NCBI GenBank assembly: GCA_040954595.2
Contig: CM082585.2
Coordinates: 11,389,451 to 11,453,450 of the forward strand
Length of the DNA: 64,000 bases
Origin: Balanoglossus misakiensis
Taxonomy: Eukaryota; Animalia; Hemichordata
Reading direction: 5' to 3'
Shown here: positions 39,601 through 54,200 of the stretch, in pieces
Numbering within the stretch: position 1 is the first letter of the stretch
Layout: each line of letters opens with the position of its first letter
Translations under genes and position numbers: made by a program
The notes under the pieces: generated by a model
Told to the model about the DNA's origin: nothing
The model's database searches: none
Seen by the model: the letters and a program-made list of their open reading frames with translations, nothing else

Positions 39601-42600
39601 AAACATTGTATTTTTCTGTTGTGCTGTTTGCCTCTTACCAGACACGGAGACGTCGCAAAGATTTTGAAACCTACGCTCGGAAAATTAAAAAAGGTAAATT
39701 TCAATTAAACGAATTTTGTCAATACTCAAGAGAGGGTCTCATTCAATTGGAATCATTCTTTTGAGAGTTTCCTTAAGGTGTAAACTTTATTGAGGTGGGG
39801 GTCTTTCAAAGCAAGAAAACGAGGTCGTGGGTTAAGCCTTCGTAATTCCGTCTACCAAATAATCTAGCATACTGATGAAAAGTTGTTAACTGTGAAACTG
39901 GAAGGAAGAAAATTTGAAGTTTTTAACCACATGTTCAAGGATCACGACGATTCCAATTTCTGTATCTCTGCTGGGGGTTCTGATTGGGTCTTTATCGTAT
40001 AGTAGGCTGTCAAGTTTGGATAATCGAGCTAACTAGAAAAAAAGTTGGTGGTGTGAACTCTATACAGTGGTTTAGGCGACAAAGGCGCTTTACAATACAC
40101 GGTCCGGTGATGAAATACAAGAGGCGATGCATAAGCGGATAAGGGCAACGACGTCTTGGGGAAAAAAGACAGCATGGCTTTGCTAACGACAAGGGTTGGG
40201 CCAGACGTCCAATCAACGACAAAAGGTCGTTGGTGGAGTGCTGGAGCTGCATGATTGACATCTTTGAAATCAACAACTCGACCAGCGGAGCCGAATCCAA
40301 TTAGACAACATTTTGAAAATGGCCATCTCAAGAGAAGCCACGAATTTCGGAGACGTTTTACGGGTGAAAACACGTATCTAGTATCGTGGCATCCTCTCAG
40401 GTAAAAAAAAATGTTAAAGTTACACCAATCATATTTTTTTCTATCCAAAGAGATCGTTGCTCTATTTCTCTCTCTTCTCGTTATGTTGTTAAGGCAGATG
40501 GTTTTGCGTGACCTCAAAACGCCATTGAAACTGATCAATTAGTGAACCAAAATCGTAATTGCGTTCTCTTCAGCACAACTTGAAGACAAACTCGCCAAAC
40601 AATTGGATGTTTAGAGAAAAGCGAATATTATTAGACCGTTGTCTTGGAGACCGAAGTATATCAATTTCATTTACTGAATCATCGTTGTAGCCTGTTGATT
40701 TAGTAGTTTAGTTTTTATACGACTTGTCCAGCCCGTCTTGATTGGGTTTCGAACAAAACACCAGAGATAACATTGTGTTCGTGAAAAGCAGCAGAAATGC
40801 TTGAGTTTTATCCTATTTTTTGGGTGTACATTTCAAAATTAATCTCTGCAAATAAACAAATGCGTACAGATGACGCAAAAGGTCAAATTAACTCAGATTT
40901 CTTTGAATTTGAAATATTTCGTTTTCTTTGATTTTCAGGGCATGAACTTTGCGTGAATTCAAAACTCAAGATAAAGTTTTCAAAACGATAACAAGAAAAA
41001 AACAAAACGTCGCATCCGATACGGCTTGTTAAGGACAAAAATCAGATTCTTCCGCAGTCGTCTGATAAAAAAAAACGTCGATCGAACGTGGGGAGTGACT
41101 CACAACTTACCGCCATTAACAAATGGATATTTTTTGCTTGGAGGGAACGATGATCTCTTTTCCTGGTCGATAATGGCGCGTAGAATATCTGATAAATTCT
41201 TAAAGGCAACAAACCTTCCATCACTACTTAGTAACCAGCAGGGCGAGACAAATATGACCCTATTTTGTTTGTGTTTTATTTTTACATGGAAATTTTGATA
41301 GCATTTAATAAGTTTATGGGATACGTCAAGAAAACTTTGAAACAATTTCTTTCCGGGAGCAAATTTGGGAGTAATGAATGTCGTCTGGGGTGTATTTTGG
41401 TGTTTGGACTCAGAAACTCAGAATTTGGGGGTTTATTTGCGATAGACGTTTGCACTTTTACTATTAGAATTCAAAACGCAACAACAAATATTTACTTTGT
41501 GGACATTTTAAAATCGCTAGAGCAAATTCACTGGCGGTAAAACGCAGGGCAAACAGATGACCTGTATTTCGTAAGACGATTTAGAAATTTCTCGCTGGTA
41601 TGTGGCTGACAATTTCTGTCAACATTCTTTACATCCGTTCGAAAGTTGTAAAAAGTGGCTACTGCAACGATGCAATTGGACTGTCGTCATCTAGATGAAA
41701 GTATAATCAGAAAAAACGCTGTGCAAAAGTGTTTTTTCGTTCGGGCTTTGTGATTTGGCTCATGAAAAAAAATCGAGAGAAAGAACACCGCCCGAGGAAA
41801 ATTGTATAGTTCGACTCCCATACAGCGGGGAACATTTCGCTAGGATTTTTTTCTGGTCTTGTGCCTTGCGGCGAACATTTCTCCTTACAAATTGTCGAAA
41901 AACGTGTGGAAATGTTCATGAAGATAATTCCGCGGTGAACGGAGAAAAAAAACGAGCTTGGAACAAGAGTACGAGAACGCGCAATAAAACACAATCTGGG
42001 AGACTCTGGTTTCAATGGAGTGAAGTTTATCAGGGGATGGGATCTGCTGACTGATAAGGCAAGATACGAGACATTTCTTGAGCTGTAGTATGTCACGTGG
42101 GAATTGCGGGTTATTCCGCGGGGACACTTATCCACACACTACCTCCGTATGAAGACGCGGCGTTATATATTATCCAATACACCGGGGAATTTACATATCG
42201 CCAGAATTAACCGACAACATAGTCAATTATAGGGATTTTCACGAAACCCACATTTTCTAAGAAACACGATCCAATTATGAGTAAACTTATCTTTCTTTGG
42301 AGATATACAGTGCGATTATTTTTCACGTTTTCGTCGGAATGAAAGATTCGGGGGAAAAACTTTACGTTGACTTGAAAAAGGTCTGTCTCTGTGGCCTGTG
42401 ATATTTTCGTTTCGGGTAGACATAGTGGCGTTTGCGACTCGACATTTGCTTCAAACCCGCGGAATATATCATCAAAGCTGCAAATACATTTCCCATCTGA
42501 TGACAACCTGACTGGGGAAACCATAAACTCACGTTTTCTTTAACACTATGACCCTTCCCATCCCGAAAAGGGGGAAAATCTCCCTTTATGTCTCCAGTAT

Positions 42601-45600
42601 GATTCCGATGACGAAGGAAATTGTCTTTTCAGAATTGACCTCGAAAATCTCTTTTGTTGCGACCTACCCGCAAGCCCGCCACGATATTGTCGTCTGCGTT
42701 TCTAACCTTGGTTCAGCGAAATTCACTGACGGGCAGTGTTTTCTTCCTTAACGGGGGATAACCAAAATCTACCTCAGATCTGCAGATTAAAATGTACTTG
42801 AGTTTATCTCTTCAGCGCCATTCAGTCATCCCACCCACATAGTCGTTGGGATTTTTTCTGTTTCCCCATAAAACAGACTGGATCAGTTTAAATTTGGCGA
42901 GTGACCCAGTCGAAGTGTAAATTCTGTTATTCCATGTGTATAGGTGCAATGATTGCAAAGTGGATAGTTTTTGACGCTCTAGGAACAAAAGCAATAGCAT
43001 TGTTTGACGACTAAGCCTTTCGTTCCTATGTTTAATATTAGAATAAGTTTACATACCCCAACCTAATTCCCGTCGGTCGACCTCCAAGTTACTGGTACAT
43101 TTTCATTGATTCAAAGACAACTATTCTCTTCGTCGTTTGTGTTTTTTCTCCTCAATGAGTCGGTTGGAGATTGAAAACACCAGGAGTATGCTTGCCTTTA
43201 AGTTATGAGTAGTAATATATATAAGTATTTTTCAGACACTGCACTTGGCAATGTGTGTGCCTTACAACAGACAAAGGCGTAGGACTTTGTCAAACGGTTC
43301 TCTGTGTTCTAGCATGACACACACTCTCAATGTTTTCCCTACACAGCTCAGGCAGAAAGACTGCCGCGGGAGCTCGTGAAAAAATCACACGGCACCGACG
43401 ATAAAAATGGGAGAAAAATGCGAGCATGTATATATAATGGCCATGTTACAATCCACTGATGAAACGGGGCGAAATATTGTAAATGTTCTATCACCTATAA
43501 AATTTGACAAATTACTGAAAAAAATGATTTTTTGGCGGGAATCGCCCATTAAAGTGTGACTTCACCTGCTCTTTGAGCTCTTACTACATCTTAATGTTTT
43601 CCAGTAAAAAGCCACTGTTTCCGGTCTGATAGTAGAGTTCCAGACGAACCCTTATACTGAACAAACGTCGAACACAAATTCTCAATTTTCGCTTTTAAAA
43701 TCTGTCGATTCATGCTTTCTACATTTTTAAAAGGGGATGTTTCCGGCTGGGCTTTGTTTCACCGGAGAAAAGCTAAATGGTTGCGCTTTTGTTGTGGAGA
43801 TTGTCTGGTTATTAGGTTTTCTTGTCGTGGCTTGATACCATCCGCCAAGGGAGCATCCACAGTGCACACGACATTCACAAAATGGTGAGAAATTCCCACA
43901 TCTTATTTAGCATAGGCATGTAACGTGTACACAGGATCTGTTAGCTATAGATCAACATACCCAAGCATATTTAAATAAAGTTCTTCCGTTTCCAACAAAA
44001 GAGTACCCAGGCAGTTACCCTTCTATGTACACACAAAGTTTGGTTCACTGTCATCGCGTTAGTACATGAATTTCAGTTCGCACCATTGTTATGTCGTTCA
44101 CAAGGCAGACGACATATTCTTGTTATCTCGTATTTAAGATCTCGAGTTACAATTCCAAACAACAACGTTCTGACATCAGGGAGTCATGTGGCCAGCGACA
44201 CCACCAAACGAGCCAGAATTTACGATTTGTCACAGCTACAAATTTGCCAAAAATAGCTTTAAAATCCTTACAGAGTTTTCTATCTTAAACCCGAACGTTG
44301 AATTGTCCTCTAAAAGTCGCTACCGATGGCTTTTTTCCACACCACAAACCCGTATATAAATCAGGTATTTATCGCCTGAGGCCAACCGGTTTCAATTCCT
44401 CGCAATTTTGAAAATAATCGTCGATTAAAAAGTCTCTTGATCGCCTTGTTGTTGTCGTGCCCACTATCGTTATGGTCATGTGAGTATGTTATTGTTTTAC
44501 ATTATTTTGCATGTTAAGGAGAACATTAAGCAAAAACGCATTTATCGGGCAGGCTGACATGATCATTTGAATTTCCTGAGACACTTGTGGCGTTTGTATC
44601 TGGCTGGCTACACCTCCTCCAGCACTATAACGAGTAACCATAAACAGATGGGAAGGTAATTGTTTACTCTTGTCAGGCCACGAAACGAGCACTTTCAAAA
44701 ATTGTGTGTTCGTTGTGTGCTCTGGTGTTGAGAGACATTAAGCCCCGCACAGGCGTTGTGCAGATATCTAAACCACAGAGCCATCTCTCGCGCTCGTAGC
44801 AGTAGAGCGCGAGCGCGACGCGTCGCTACGAGAGATCAAGTTTGGGGTCAGTTTCTGATGCTTCTCACGTGATGCGCTAACAAGACGTTTGACTGACAGG
44901 CGAGAATGACAGCAGAACACGAAAAGTCAGAAATTTCGACAGCGCGATGGCTGACTTACCCGCTGACACCGCCAACACATCACGTAGGCATCGAATCCAA
45001 TTCTCCTGGTGTGGATATCGAAGTCACGAATGGGTGCCGGCAAATCGACGACTCGTTCAGTAACACTCTCTCGCAGATCATCCCTGCAACGGCGAATCTC
45101 CGACGCTCAGGCTGCCCAGCGCTATCCATTACAGCAGAGACGAGCGGGACAGTGGCTACGTGGCGAAGAAAAAACGACAAAATGTTACAAACGAGACTCA
45201 GCCCTTAGGTTTTATTCTTTCTACCTGTAAAGTGCCTCTCTAAGGCAAAAGAGAAGACAAAAGACGGTCTTTCAATATTAAAAACAATATCATTCACCGG
45301 GTAAGATAAAGGGACGAAATGCTTTTTATTTTCGTATTCATTCCCTAATATAGATTTTTCACTTGGCTTTACAAAGGCTAGTGATGACATAAGCCATAGA
45401 GATGTAGAACTCGTCAATTTCTCTATAGAACCTGGTCACAAATCCGACGGAGATCACTTGTATGGGCCAGTCTGAGGCTTGTGTTCTCAAGTGTTGTAGC
45501 CTCAGATAGGAAATTGTGTAGTGTGAAAGGCGAGGCGTCGGAGATGAAGACGACAGAGAAGGTTGGAAAAAAGGGGGGGACCCATCAATGGGGTTGTTAA

Positions 45601-46254
45601 CTGTCTTTGACGAGCCCTTGCCGTTGTTGCTTTCGAAACTATACACAAGAAACACAGTTCCCGGCTTTTGTGGTGCTTATACATGCAAATTGTGCGAAAC
45701 AAGGCGATGGTAATTCACGACTTTCAAAAGGGGGAAAATAATGGATTGCCATGGAAATTGTGGTGTGGGAAAAAACGAGGGGAAATATCAATCACCAACA
45801 ATGTGAAAAATATTGATGACGTCTTCATTGAATCGCGCAATCAAGACAGGAGGGGATGATCAAGAGGAAGAGAGAAAATGTAAATACACAAAAAATGTTG
45901 AGGATCTGCGCAAGCGAAGGGAGATCTTTGCACACTTCTCGAGAGACTAGCTCAGGTTGATTGTACACTGTACTCAATAAATCACGCCTATATGGTCGTG
46001 CCAGCAACTAAGTAGTCGCACCATTAAATAATTTGTGTAATGTAGCAGGCTGTGTATGTTGACAAATCAAGTTAGGGGTGAAAAAAAGAAAAGCTGCGAA
46101 ACCTCGATTGGAATTCTCAGTAGAGCGAAATTATTTTAAAACCAGATCACACGACGTAATGTAGTCGGGCTTGTCGAAGTCTATTGGTGGCGTGGCCCCG
46201 TGTAATACGCTTTCCCCTTTCGTCTACGAATGTCACTCCTTATAGGTATGACCC

Positions 46255-46300
46255 TGTCTGTCTGTATGTCTGTGTATGTAGATCTATCTGTCTGTCTGTC
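46255..46300. repeat. Degenerate (GTCT/GTAT)n microsatellite
   Basis: TGTCTGTCTGTATGTCTGTGTATGTAGATCTATCTGTCTGTCTGTC is directly visible. Confidence 0.8.
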
Positions 46301-49300
46301 AGCTGCTTGCTTCCTTTATGACCAAAAGATACACAGTCTGAATGCTTTGAGTGGTGGATAGCTTCCTCGATTTCACCGTACAATTTATGGCGAATGTCAA
46401 CTTTAACGTGGGTGCAGTGACATAACGACGTCGTATGAATGATCGGGCACTTGGCCTAGCTATTTGAAAACACAAAAGACTACCACATTAACAGACACTG
46501 GAAGTATTTTCTGTACAGCTGAAAAACAACCATAAAATTTTATTTATTGGTTCTGAGCGCGGTGACAACATCACTCCTTCCGTCTAGACAGGCGGAATAT
46601 TTCTCATGAAAAAATATGATCAAGGAATCCATTTTTGTGCTTCCATTTCGACAACAAAAATGTACTTATGGCGGGAAGCGCATCTTTCAATAGCGGCCAT
46701 AGCTTTTTAATAGTAATATAAGGTATCCATTTGTTTCGGCCTACTTCCGCCCCATTATCAACATTTCTACCGTCATTTTCATATATTGACAATACAACAT
46801 TTGCCGCCATTCGAACTCTTGACCCCTCTTCCCGCCATTTGTTGCAAGTAAATTACGCTTGCCGACTGCCTACATAAATTTTTGGCGGTAAGCGTATAAT
46901 TAAAGAAAATATCGGCCCTAGAAAACTCACTTCTGTTAACGACAGGGCGCGATTTTTCAGTTTGCATAGAAACTTAAAATGTAAATTTACCACATGTGAC
47001 ATTAGTCTATCAGAGCTTTTAGTTCCCATGTGATGAATGCGTCCATATTTTGTAATTATTTCAATTTGCGAAAATTCTGTCAATTTAATGAAAAAAACGT
47101 GCATGGTACGCCTCTTCCCAAAATCTGCATTAAACGGTATTTTATGACATAATGTTTTTTATACAAAATAAATTTTGGAAATTAAAACGTTATTTCATTT
47201 GTGTTGTAATTCCGCCCCTTTCTTAAAAACAGATGGGGGATAATGGAACATGCGAACAATTTAACTTAATATGGAGAGTCTTTTTAATACAAATTAATTC
47301 GACCCTCCTACAAAATTTGAGAGAGATCGGGTCGGAAAGGAACGATGGAGAGCGGGAAAATTTGTTTCGTGTTATTTAAATGAAGAGACGTGATGTGTAA
47401 CGATGTCGTCTGCATGCTGGGGTTTGCAGTAAGCACTGGTACTTGGGTTTATGGAAGCCTAGTAAAGAGCCCCCTCCGATTGGCTTGGTCTCACACCATA
47501 TGTTCGAACCATCTCCGGATGATTAATCATAAACGATTCACTTGTCAGCGAAGATTATAGAAAATTTTCCCCGAGTGTGTGGGTTTTTTGTGCATTCCGG
47601 TCACTGCGTTCCGAACTGAACAACTCTGGCGTCAGATGCGTGTCCAGTAATCTGGCCTACCTTTCACCCCTTCGGGGGAGATTTTGGGCTGAGAGGCTTT
47701 GCACAACAATAAGACGAGATAAAAAGACCAGGCCCGGAATGTTGATCGACCAACTCACCTTGGCAGGGTGCCAAGCTATGGTCCAAATGCCCAGTACAGG
47801 CTTAATGCTATTTGCCAGCACTGGCTATCCATAATGCGTCGTTATAATCTTAGTTGACAGCCTACCCGTACAATTTCACACTCCCGGCAAACTTTTACCT
47901 GACGACTTCCCTAGCGTTCGGGGTTACCACGGCAACCTACTTTCTCTCTGTTTGTTTGGAGGTGCATAGGAAAGCACCGTTTCACCTTTGCCGTGCTCCG
48001 CCGGATGTTCATTCCGGGCCCACTTTGCTGCCAAACTGAACCCTTTGTGTTAAGGCATCCCTCTCGATCCAAACTCGCTCTTTCCCAAATAAGTTTTGAC
48101 AGTTTCCTCGATAAACTTTTGAACTGCGTTTTATACCGATTTATTTAATGATGCGAAATGTAACGGAATAATCCCGGTTGATTTTATGAAATCAAATCCG
48201 TCAAATGGGACTATGCAAGGTTAAATTTTGGGGTTGGTGTTCCTTTTCATTTCTCTCTTTCTCTCTGAATCTCTCCCCCCCCCCCCGCCCTGCTGGTCGG
48301 GTTGACACTTCGCACGATGCAATTCACAGATTAGAAACGCTTTTTGGCGCCTTATCCAAGTAATGTGTCGTCTGGTGATCTAGTAAATGTAATAGCAAGG
48401 GTGCACTGAAAACAGATACGTATCATAGATTGCCTTAATGATATACAGCAGCCAGCATCCACTTCTCAAAACCACTGCGTGCATAACTAGAAACAGTTTC
48501 CATGGTTTTGACGAGTGTTATGCAAGGGTAGGGAAAAAATGCACCCAGTCATAAAATGGCGCCAAATATGTGCGCAGACGACAGGGACCTAATATGAAAT
48601 CTCTTTAATAATGTGTTATTGATCTGTTAACGATGACCTCAAACGTTAAACGATGTAAAATCAAACTGGTAGGGACTCAATTTTTGCTGTTTTGAATTTG
48701 GCAGTTTTGGCATTTCCGCGTAAATTGTTTTGGCAGCTCGAGATTCACCCAGCCTTCTGCTTCATTAAATTGTCATTGAGAAAAGGTTGAAAAGAAGCGG
48801 GAAGGGGGAAGGCGAGATGGAGTTGTGAAGTAAGCTCCCAACGGTAGCCGGCCTCTGTTTCACTAATTAACCATTGTATACCACCGGACCTGTAGCACTC
48901 GCTGGCGAGCTTTGCAATCAATGGGGAGCACCAGGATTAGGCCAACCGATCCACAGACGTGTCCCGAGCTGGAAAAATTGAAGCTCGTGCTCGTCAGAAA
49001 TACTATAGCTTCGCGGTGTCTTATTACAGCGGAGCATCTCGGGTTACCCCGTGGAGAATGGAAGCAAATATTTACCTGTGATACCCCATTCATCAACTAT
49101 AATCGTAAAATAGATTAACGTATAGAGTAAGGTGGTAGCGGTCGACTATTACAGCACATTCTCTTGCACGGGTAATAGATTCCCCAAATCGTAATATAAA
49201 GGGGGGATAAACCTAGCCATTGTCCCGATATCATTAAACTTACCATTGTACGACCATAGAAAAGTTACTTTCGGTTTTAAAGATGAAAAAGGAGTGTTAA

Positions 49301-51163
49301 TGTAGTATATTAGCAGCGATAATCACAAATCGCGCTCTCCCCCAAGACAACCCCGCCCGTGTCCATTTCCATGGCAACTGATGTGGATTTCATTGATAAA
49401 TAAGACAGCCTGCTCGACACAGCACGCTGATATTCAGTGCATTTAATGGCGAGCGTGAATTGTTGACAATAAGGACTCCTCCCTACCCACTAACAGCCAT
49501 AATAGAATGCACATTTTGTATAATACTTTGCCAACTGAGCTGGAGTCGTTGTCTCTCATTTGCCGTTCGCAAAGAATGAATGTAGTGATGGCCACCCATC
49601 AGCTGCGTAACATCCGACTTTTCTATCTCTCTCTCTCGTGCGCCGCGCACTAAACCCCTACAGAACCCTGGCACTATTGGCAATTAGAGACAACACGGTG
49701 TGAAATTAATGAAAAGAATACAAAATATTATCCGGCAGCAAGAAAATTAGTTTTTGGTGTTTAGTGAAATATTTAAAATATGGACTGAAAATAATGATCA
49801 TCGATGTACATTTGTGACTCTTCCATCGTCATTGATGGACATAAGTTTTCAATCGCAGATTTTTTTTTGTTTCGCCAGCTTCAATGTTTTGTTTTGTTCC
49901 ATTCTTGTTTGCATATTTCGTTTTATGCATCGTCGACAAGAAACTAGTTTTGTCGATTGTATTTATCTTTCCTGTAAGAACGATGTGAAACTTTGGATCC
50001 TGTCAATTTTTGGTCCAACTCTCTCGTTGATAAATGTCGGCTTTCACAAAGTCGGCGGAGGCGACGGCAGCAGTTTGAGCCCCATTTTAATAGCCGCTGC
50101 CGATAATCGATAATTTGTAATAGACGTGACCAAATGCACGAAAATCCGACCTCCAGCCGCAGGGCTGGCTTTTCGCGGCAGCTGATGGAACGCGCCCGGT
50201 GTCCCGCCGACGCGATGGTGACGAGAACTCGCAGAGTTGATGCGGTGTTTGCACGACAACGACAGCGGTGACAGGGGCTTGCCACCACCTAGTAATTTGG
50301 GTAGTAACGACGGTGGTTGTTATTGAAGTCAATGACACTGCGGGTCACGGCGAAACAAACCCCGTCAAATGAAGGCACCGGTGGTTACGATCAGTTGCCA
50401 GCAACCCGCTGGGTCGAATTACACATTTGCAGCAAGCTAGAGAGTTTACCGAAAAAAAGTATCTTCAGCGATTTTTACATTATTAATGGAACGAACTAAA
50501 TTTGACAAGCGTAAAGTGCGACACATATTGCCGCGAGTATAGGAGTTTGAAGCCCGGCAATCAATCTGTAGCGAATATTGTAATCTCGACATATGCTACT
50601 TCTAAACATTAAGTACTAAAATATGTTTTAGTGTTAGCTGATGATCTAGAAAGATGGCCAGATGGGTCTAACGAATTTATTATTCACACTGCACCCCTGT
50701 CCCCGCGGTTCATTCCCGCCGTCGCTAATCAGCTGAATTTTTTATACCCCAAAACTTAGACCTAAAACAGCGTTTTAAGGGGAGAGAGCGCAATTTACCG
50801 CTGTCGAAGGGTAGGCGGCGAAGATAGGGACGTATGGAAATGTTTTTTTTCTCTCGCGATGCGGGATGCCGTCGCCATGACAACGGTCTGAGCTGCGCCC
50901 TTTTGTCGTACATTGTATCTGCAATGCAGTACTATCTTGTGAGGGCTGATTCTTTTATTTTAAAGTGCGAGCGTGGAGATGAAAGTTGCTTCGAGTTATT
51001 AGTACAATGTTATTTTGAAGTCCATGGTCAACGTGTGTTCGTGAGGCACAAAACAGAAGGGGAATGAATTTATCAACTGAAAAATGACGTTAGCAGGAAA
51101 TGGCGAGTTGGGTTGAGATCTGATCTGCCATGCATGATGAATTGGCTGAGCCCAATTCTGATA

Positions 51164-51204
51164 TTATCGGAAAATCTCGCTGTGTTATCGGAAAATCTCG
51201 TTGT
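51164..51204. repeat. Two-copy 21 bp tandem duplication
   Basis: TTATCGGAAAATCTCG(C/T)TGT at 51164 and 51185. Confidence 0.9.
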
Positions 51205-54200
51205 CACGGTATCGAAACTTTTTCGTCTTTCTGCACGTCTGACGAGTCAAGTGAACATTGTCAATCTACCCATTTTCATACACGTCACACAAAAGTAAAA
51301 AAAAGAGGGAAAAATAAACACTGTGCTCAAAATCGTCTTCTTTTCATGTATCTTCTGACGATGAAACGAGAAGCTACACCGCATAAAAAAGCATTTGAAA
51401 AAAGCTCAGGGCAACACACGCATTTAGTGGTAAAGACGCGAGAGGTAACGAGCTCGCTAAAGATGGTGGCCACCAATCGACTGCACTGAAGAGCAATCTT
51501 TTCCACCGTTCTAGAACGCCGATGGCAAATAGCGCACTTCGTATCGTTTATTCCATGGTAAAAACCAAACTCAGAAACTCCCGACCAAAAAGAGTACCAC
51601 GCACAATAAAAAACACACACCCAAATTACCAAAGGTGCACGTCTTCCTTGCCTAGACCGGAGTAGGCGCCAGACGCGCATGCGTGAACTTGCCAATCTCA
51701 GCGCGAGGGGTTTAGTCTATCATCTCAGAGGCCCAAACGATTTTCGATTTAAGGAGATTAAAGTCAAACGGACATGGGAACGTAACATGATAAAATAGTA
51801 CGGCCTGTAGATAACGCGTTCCACAGATAAGATCTAAGGGTATCGCAAAGCATTGATTTCCATTTGAAGACTGGCATATTGCCCGCAGCGTATCAAAAAT
51901 GAAATGCTGTTTTCCCTCTCTCACACACTCGCTTCTTTCACAGTGTATGGACGACAGAAAAATCAGGAATTAGGAAGGCTAAAGAAAATCACGATTCCTC
52001 CAAGCAGTCTGGAAACAAAAGGAATTTCAGAAGAGGAAAAAACTCCGAGGGACACTGTTATTCACTGGAAAATATTTCATCTTTCTCAATAATGTGAAGG
52101 AGTTTTTCATTTTTTGTGTTCAACTAACGGCCTTTTTCATTCCCTTGGTAATTTCAATGATGAGTTGTAAAAAGTTTTTTTTTCTTTGAACTTCAACATT
52201 GTTATTTTAGTCAAAGTATTCTGTTTTTGCTTGCGGGGGAAAAGTGTTAAATTAATCGACAAACAGCCTCTTGCTGGCAACAATAATCCGTATTTTTTAT
52301 TTTTATTAAAAATACCATATTATTGATTTTGAACAAATCATGATACGTTTTCTGCCATCTGTACGGTAACAGCACGGCTGGTTTCCACGGTAACCGTGTT
52401 AACGCTCTCTGGAGTAAAACCACGGTGTAAGTTTCGTTTTCGTGGCAGCGGAGAATTGGACACGCACCGCGGAGCCAGGGCTGTGTATCGTTGCATGAGT
52501 AACAGTCAAGTCCACCGTGGGGTGTCGCGGAGATTCTCCGGTTTAGGGCCAGAAAGCACGCGACGGCTCCGCTTTCTGGGTTCAAGCTGGAGGTCACATC
52601 GGCTTCGGGGACCCAGGCGAGCGGAAGTCAACTGAGTAGTGTGCCTAACGCGGGGAAATCGGAGCAACGGAGAACGATCTGTTTCAAACGGCAGACCTTC
52701 AAGTCAAAATGAAACCTAATATGGTAATAAAACGTTGCCGCGCTAGCTACTTGGATTTACCCCGGCACTGGCTGAGGTAAAACCCGGCAAAATCTGTGAA
52801 AGGAAGACCGCTCTAATTAGGATGTACAATAAACAGGTCGCCATCGTGTATGGCGTGTGAAATTTGTTTCTAGGGCGTTTTCATAATCACTGATCAACAA
52901 CAGTGATGAACATTTCGTCAAATACAGACTTTATTGCTGGGGACGTCATACCCGCAGCGCGAAATCAAGGGAGAGATTGATGCATACGGCTGGGTGGGGA
53001 ATTCGGCCGAATATTCTCACAGTCGACGAGATATAAACGCAATTACTGGTACACGCGACTGGAACTTCAAGCTTAGAAACGAAAACAAATACATGTAGAG
53101 GGACAGAGACATATGTTTCATCCCTAGCTGTCAATCTTAGAAAGCAATAAGCTCGTCTACCGCTCGTGTCTCCCTCCTATCTAGCGAGAACGAGATTCCC
53201 GTCTCGTTCAGGATTGAAGTTCGACGAATTCGTGTCTGGAAGCCTTGTTAACAAAACTAGTTGTTCGATTTAACCTTGAGGGGAGATGACAGACAGCTAT
53301 GATCCCGTGAACACTGACGCGCTCACAAAGGAAAGCTTTTCCAACGTCAGGGTGCGTCCGCAGATGGGAACAGCATTGCGTGACTGCCTAACATTACTCC
53401 TAAATTGCAATCACTGAAACTACAACTGGGTTTGGCGTGCTAGATCCTCAGCTGAGGACGCTAATTAACCGCGTTACAAATAGTCAGTTCGACGCTTCTT
53501 ACCAAACCGTACTTTCCCGGCATATCAGATAATATTGCAGATAAATTTTATTTCATTTCTATGTTAACAACGTCTCTCAAGCCCAGGTCGCTGATCCACA
53601 GTTCGGTTAACGTTAGGGGGCGCTGCAACCACCTGTTAAGATTGCGAAGGGGAAAAGAGCACACTGAAGAAAGAATTTGTGAAGTGAAATTTCTAGCGAT
53701 CCGGAGTCTTCTGTAGATTTCCCGGAGCGGGAGAGCAAACGAGTGAGCAGATTTACTTGTTAACTGCCCGCGAATATAAAATGGGGTTTACGCGGGTATG
53801 TACTTTCACTAGAACGCTCAGCTGTTCCTCAGTACCAGCTGTTACAATCCAATGGCTCATGTCATCGTCACCGATTGTGTTTAGACTGACAATAAACATT
53901 CCACAATTCGCACAAATTCACGCGACCGACTTTCTGGCGTTAATGCCATCTTCATCAGCAACTTTGGTCATGCCATTCATTTCGACTTGACATTCTGGTT
54001 CTTAGCTATAATAATCCTTAAAGTTTCGACGAGCTAGTTAAAAATCCCCGCCTTTATTTTTTATGTTTTTGTATTTCCCTTTCATGATTTTAGGTAATCC
54101 CCAGAAATCGCCCTATATACGCTTTAATTTGTGATTTTTCAAAGCTCTGGCGGCATCTGTGTAAGTGGCCCGTGTAACTCGAGGGTACATCTCAACCCAA

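Noticed and set aside
40029-40538. Longest non-Sox ORF (169 aa) and other 100-150 aa ORFs (7781, 37670, 41707, 58341)
   Set aside because: Mostly non-ATG starts, random-like composition and no recognisable domains; lengths are as expected by chance. Small exons cannot be fully excluded without RNA data.
53188-53209. 8 bp hairpin GAACGAGA/TCTCGTTC as a terminator or miRNA
   Set aside because: Too short for a pre-miRNA, intrinsic terminators do not apply in this eukaryotic context, and it is compatible with chance.
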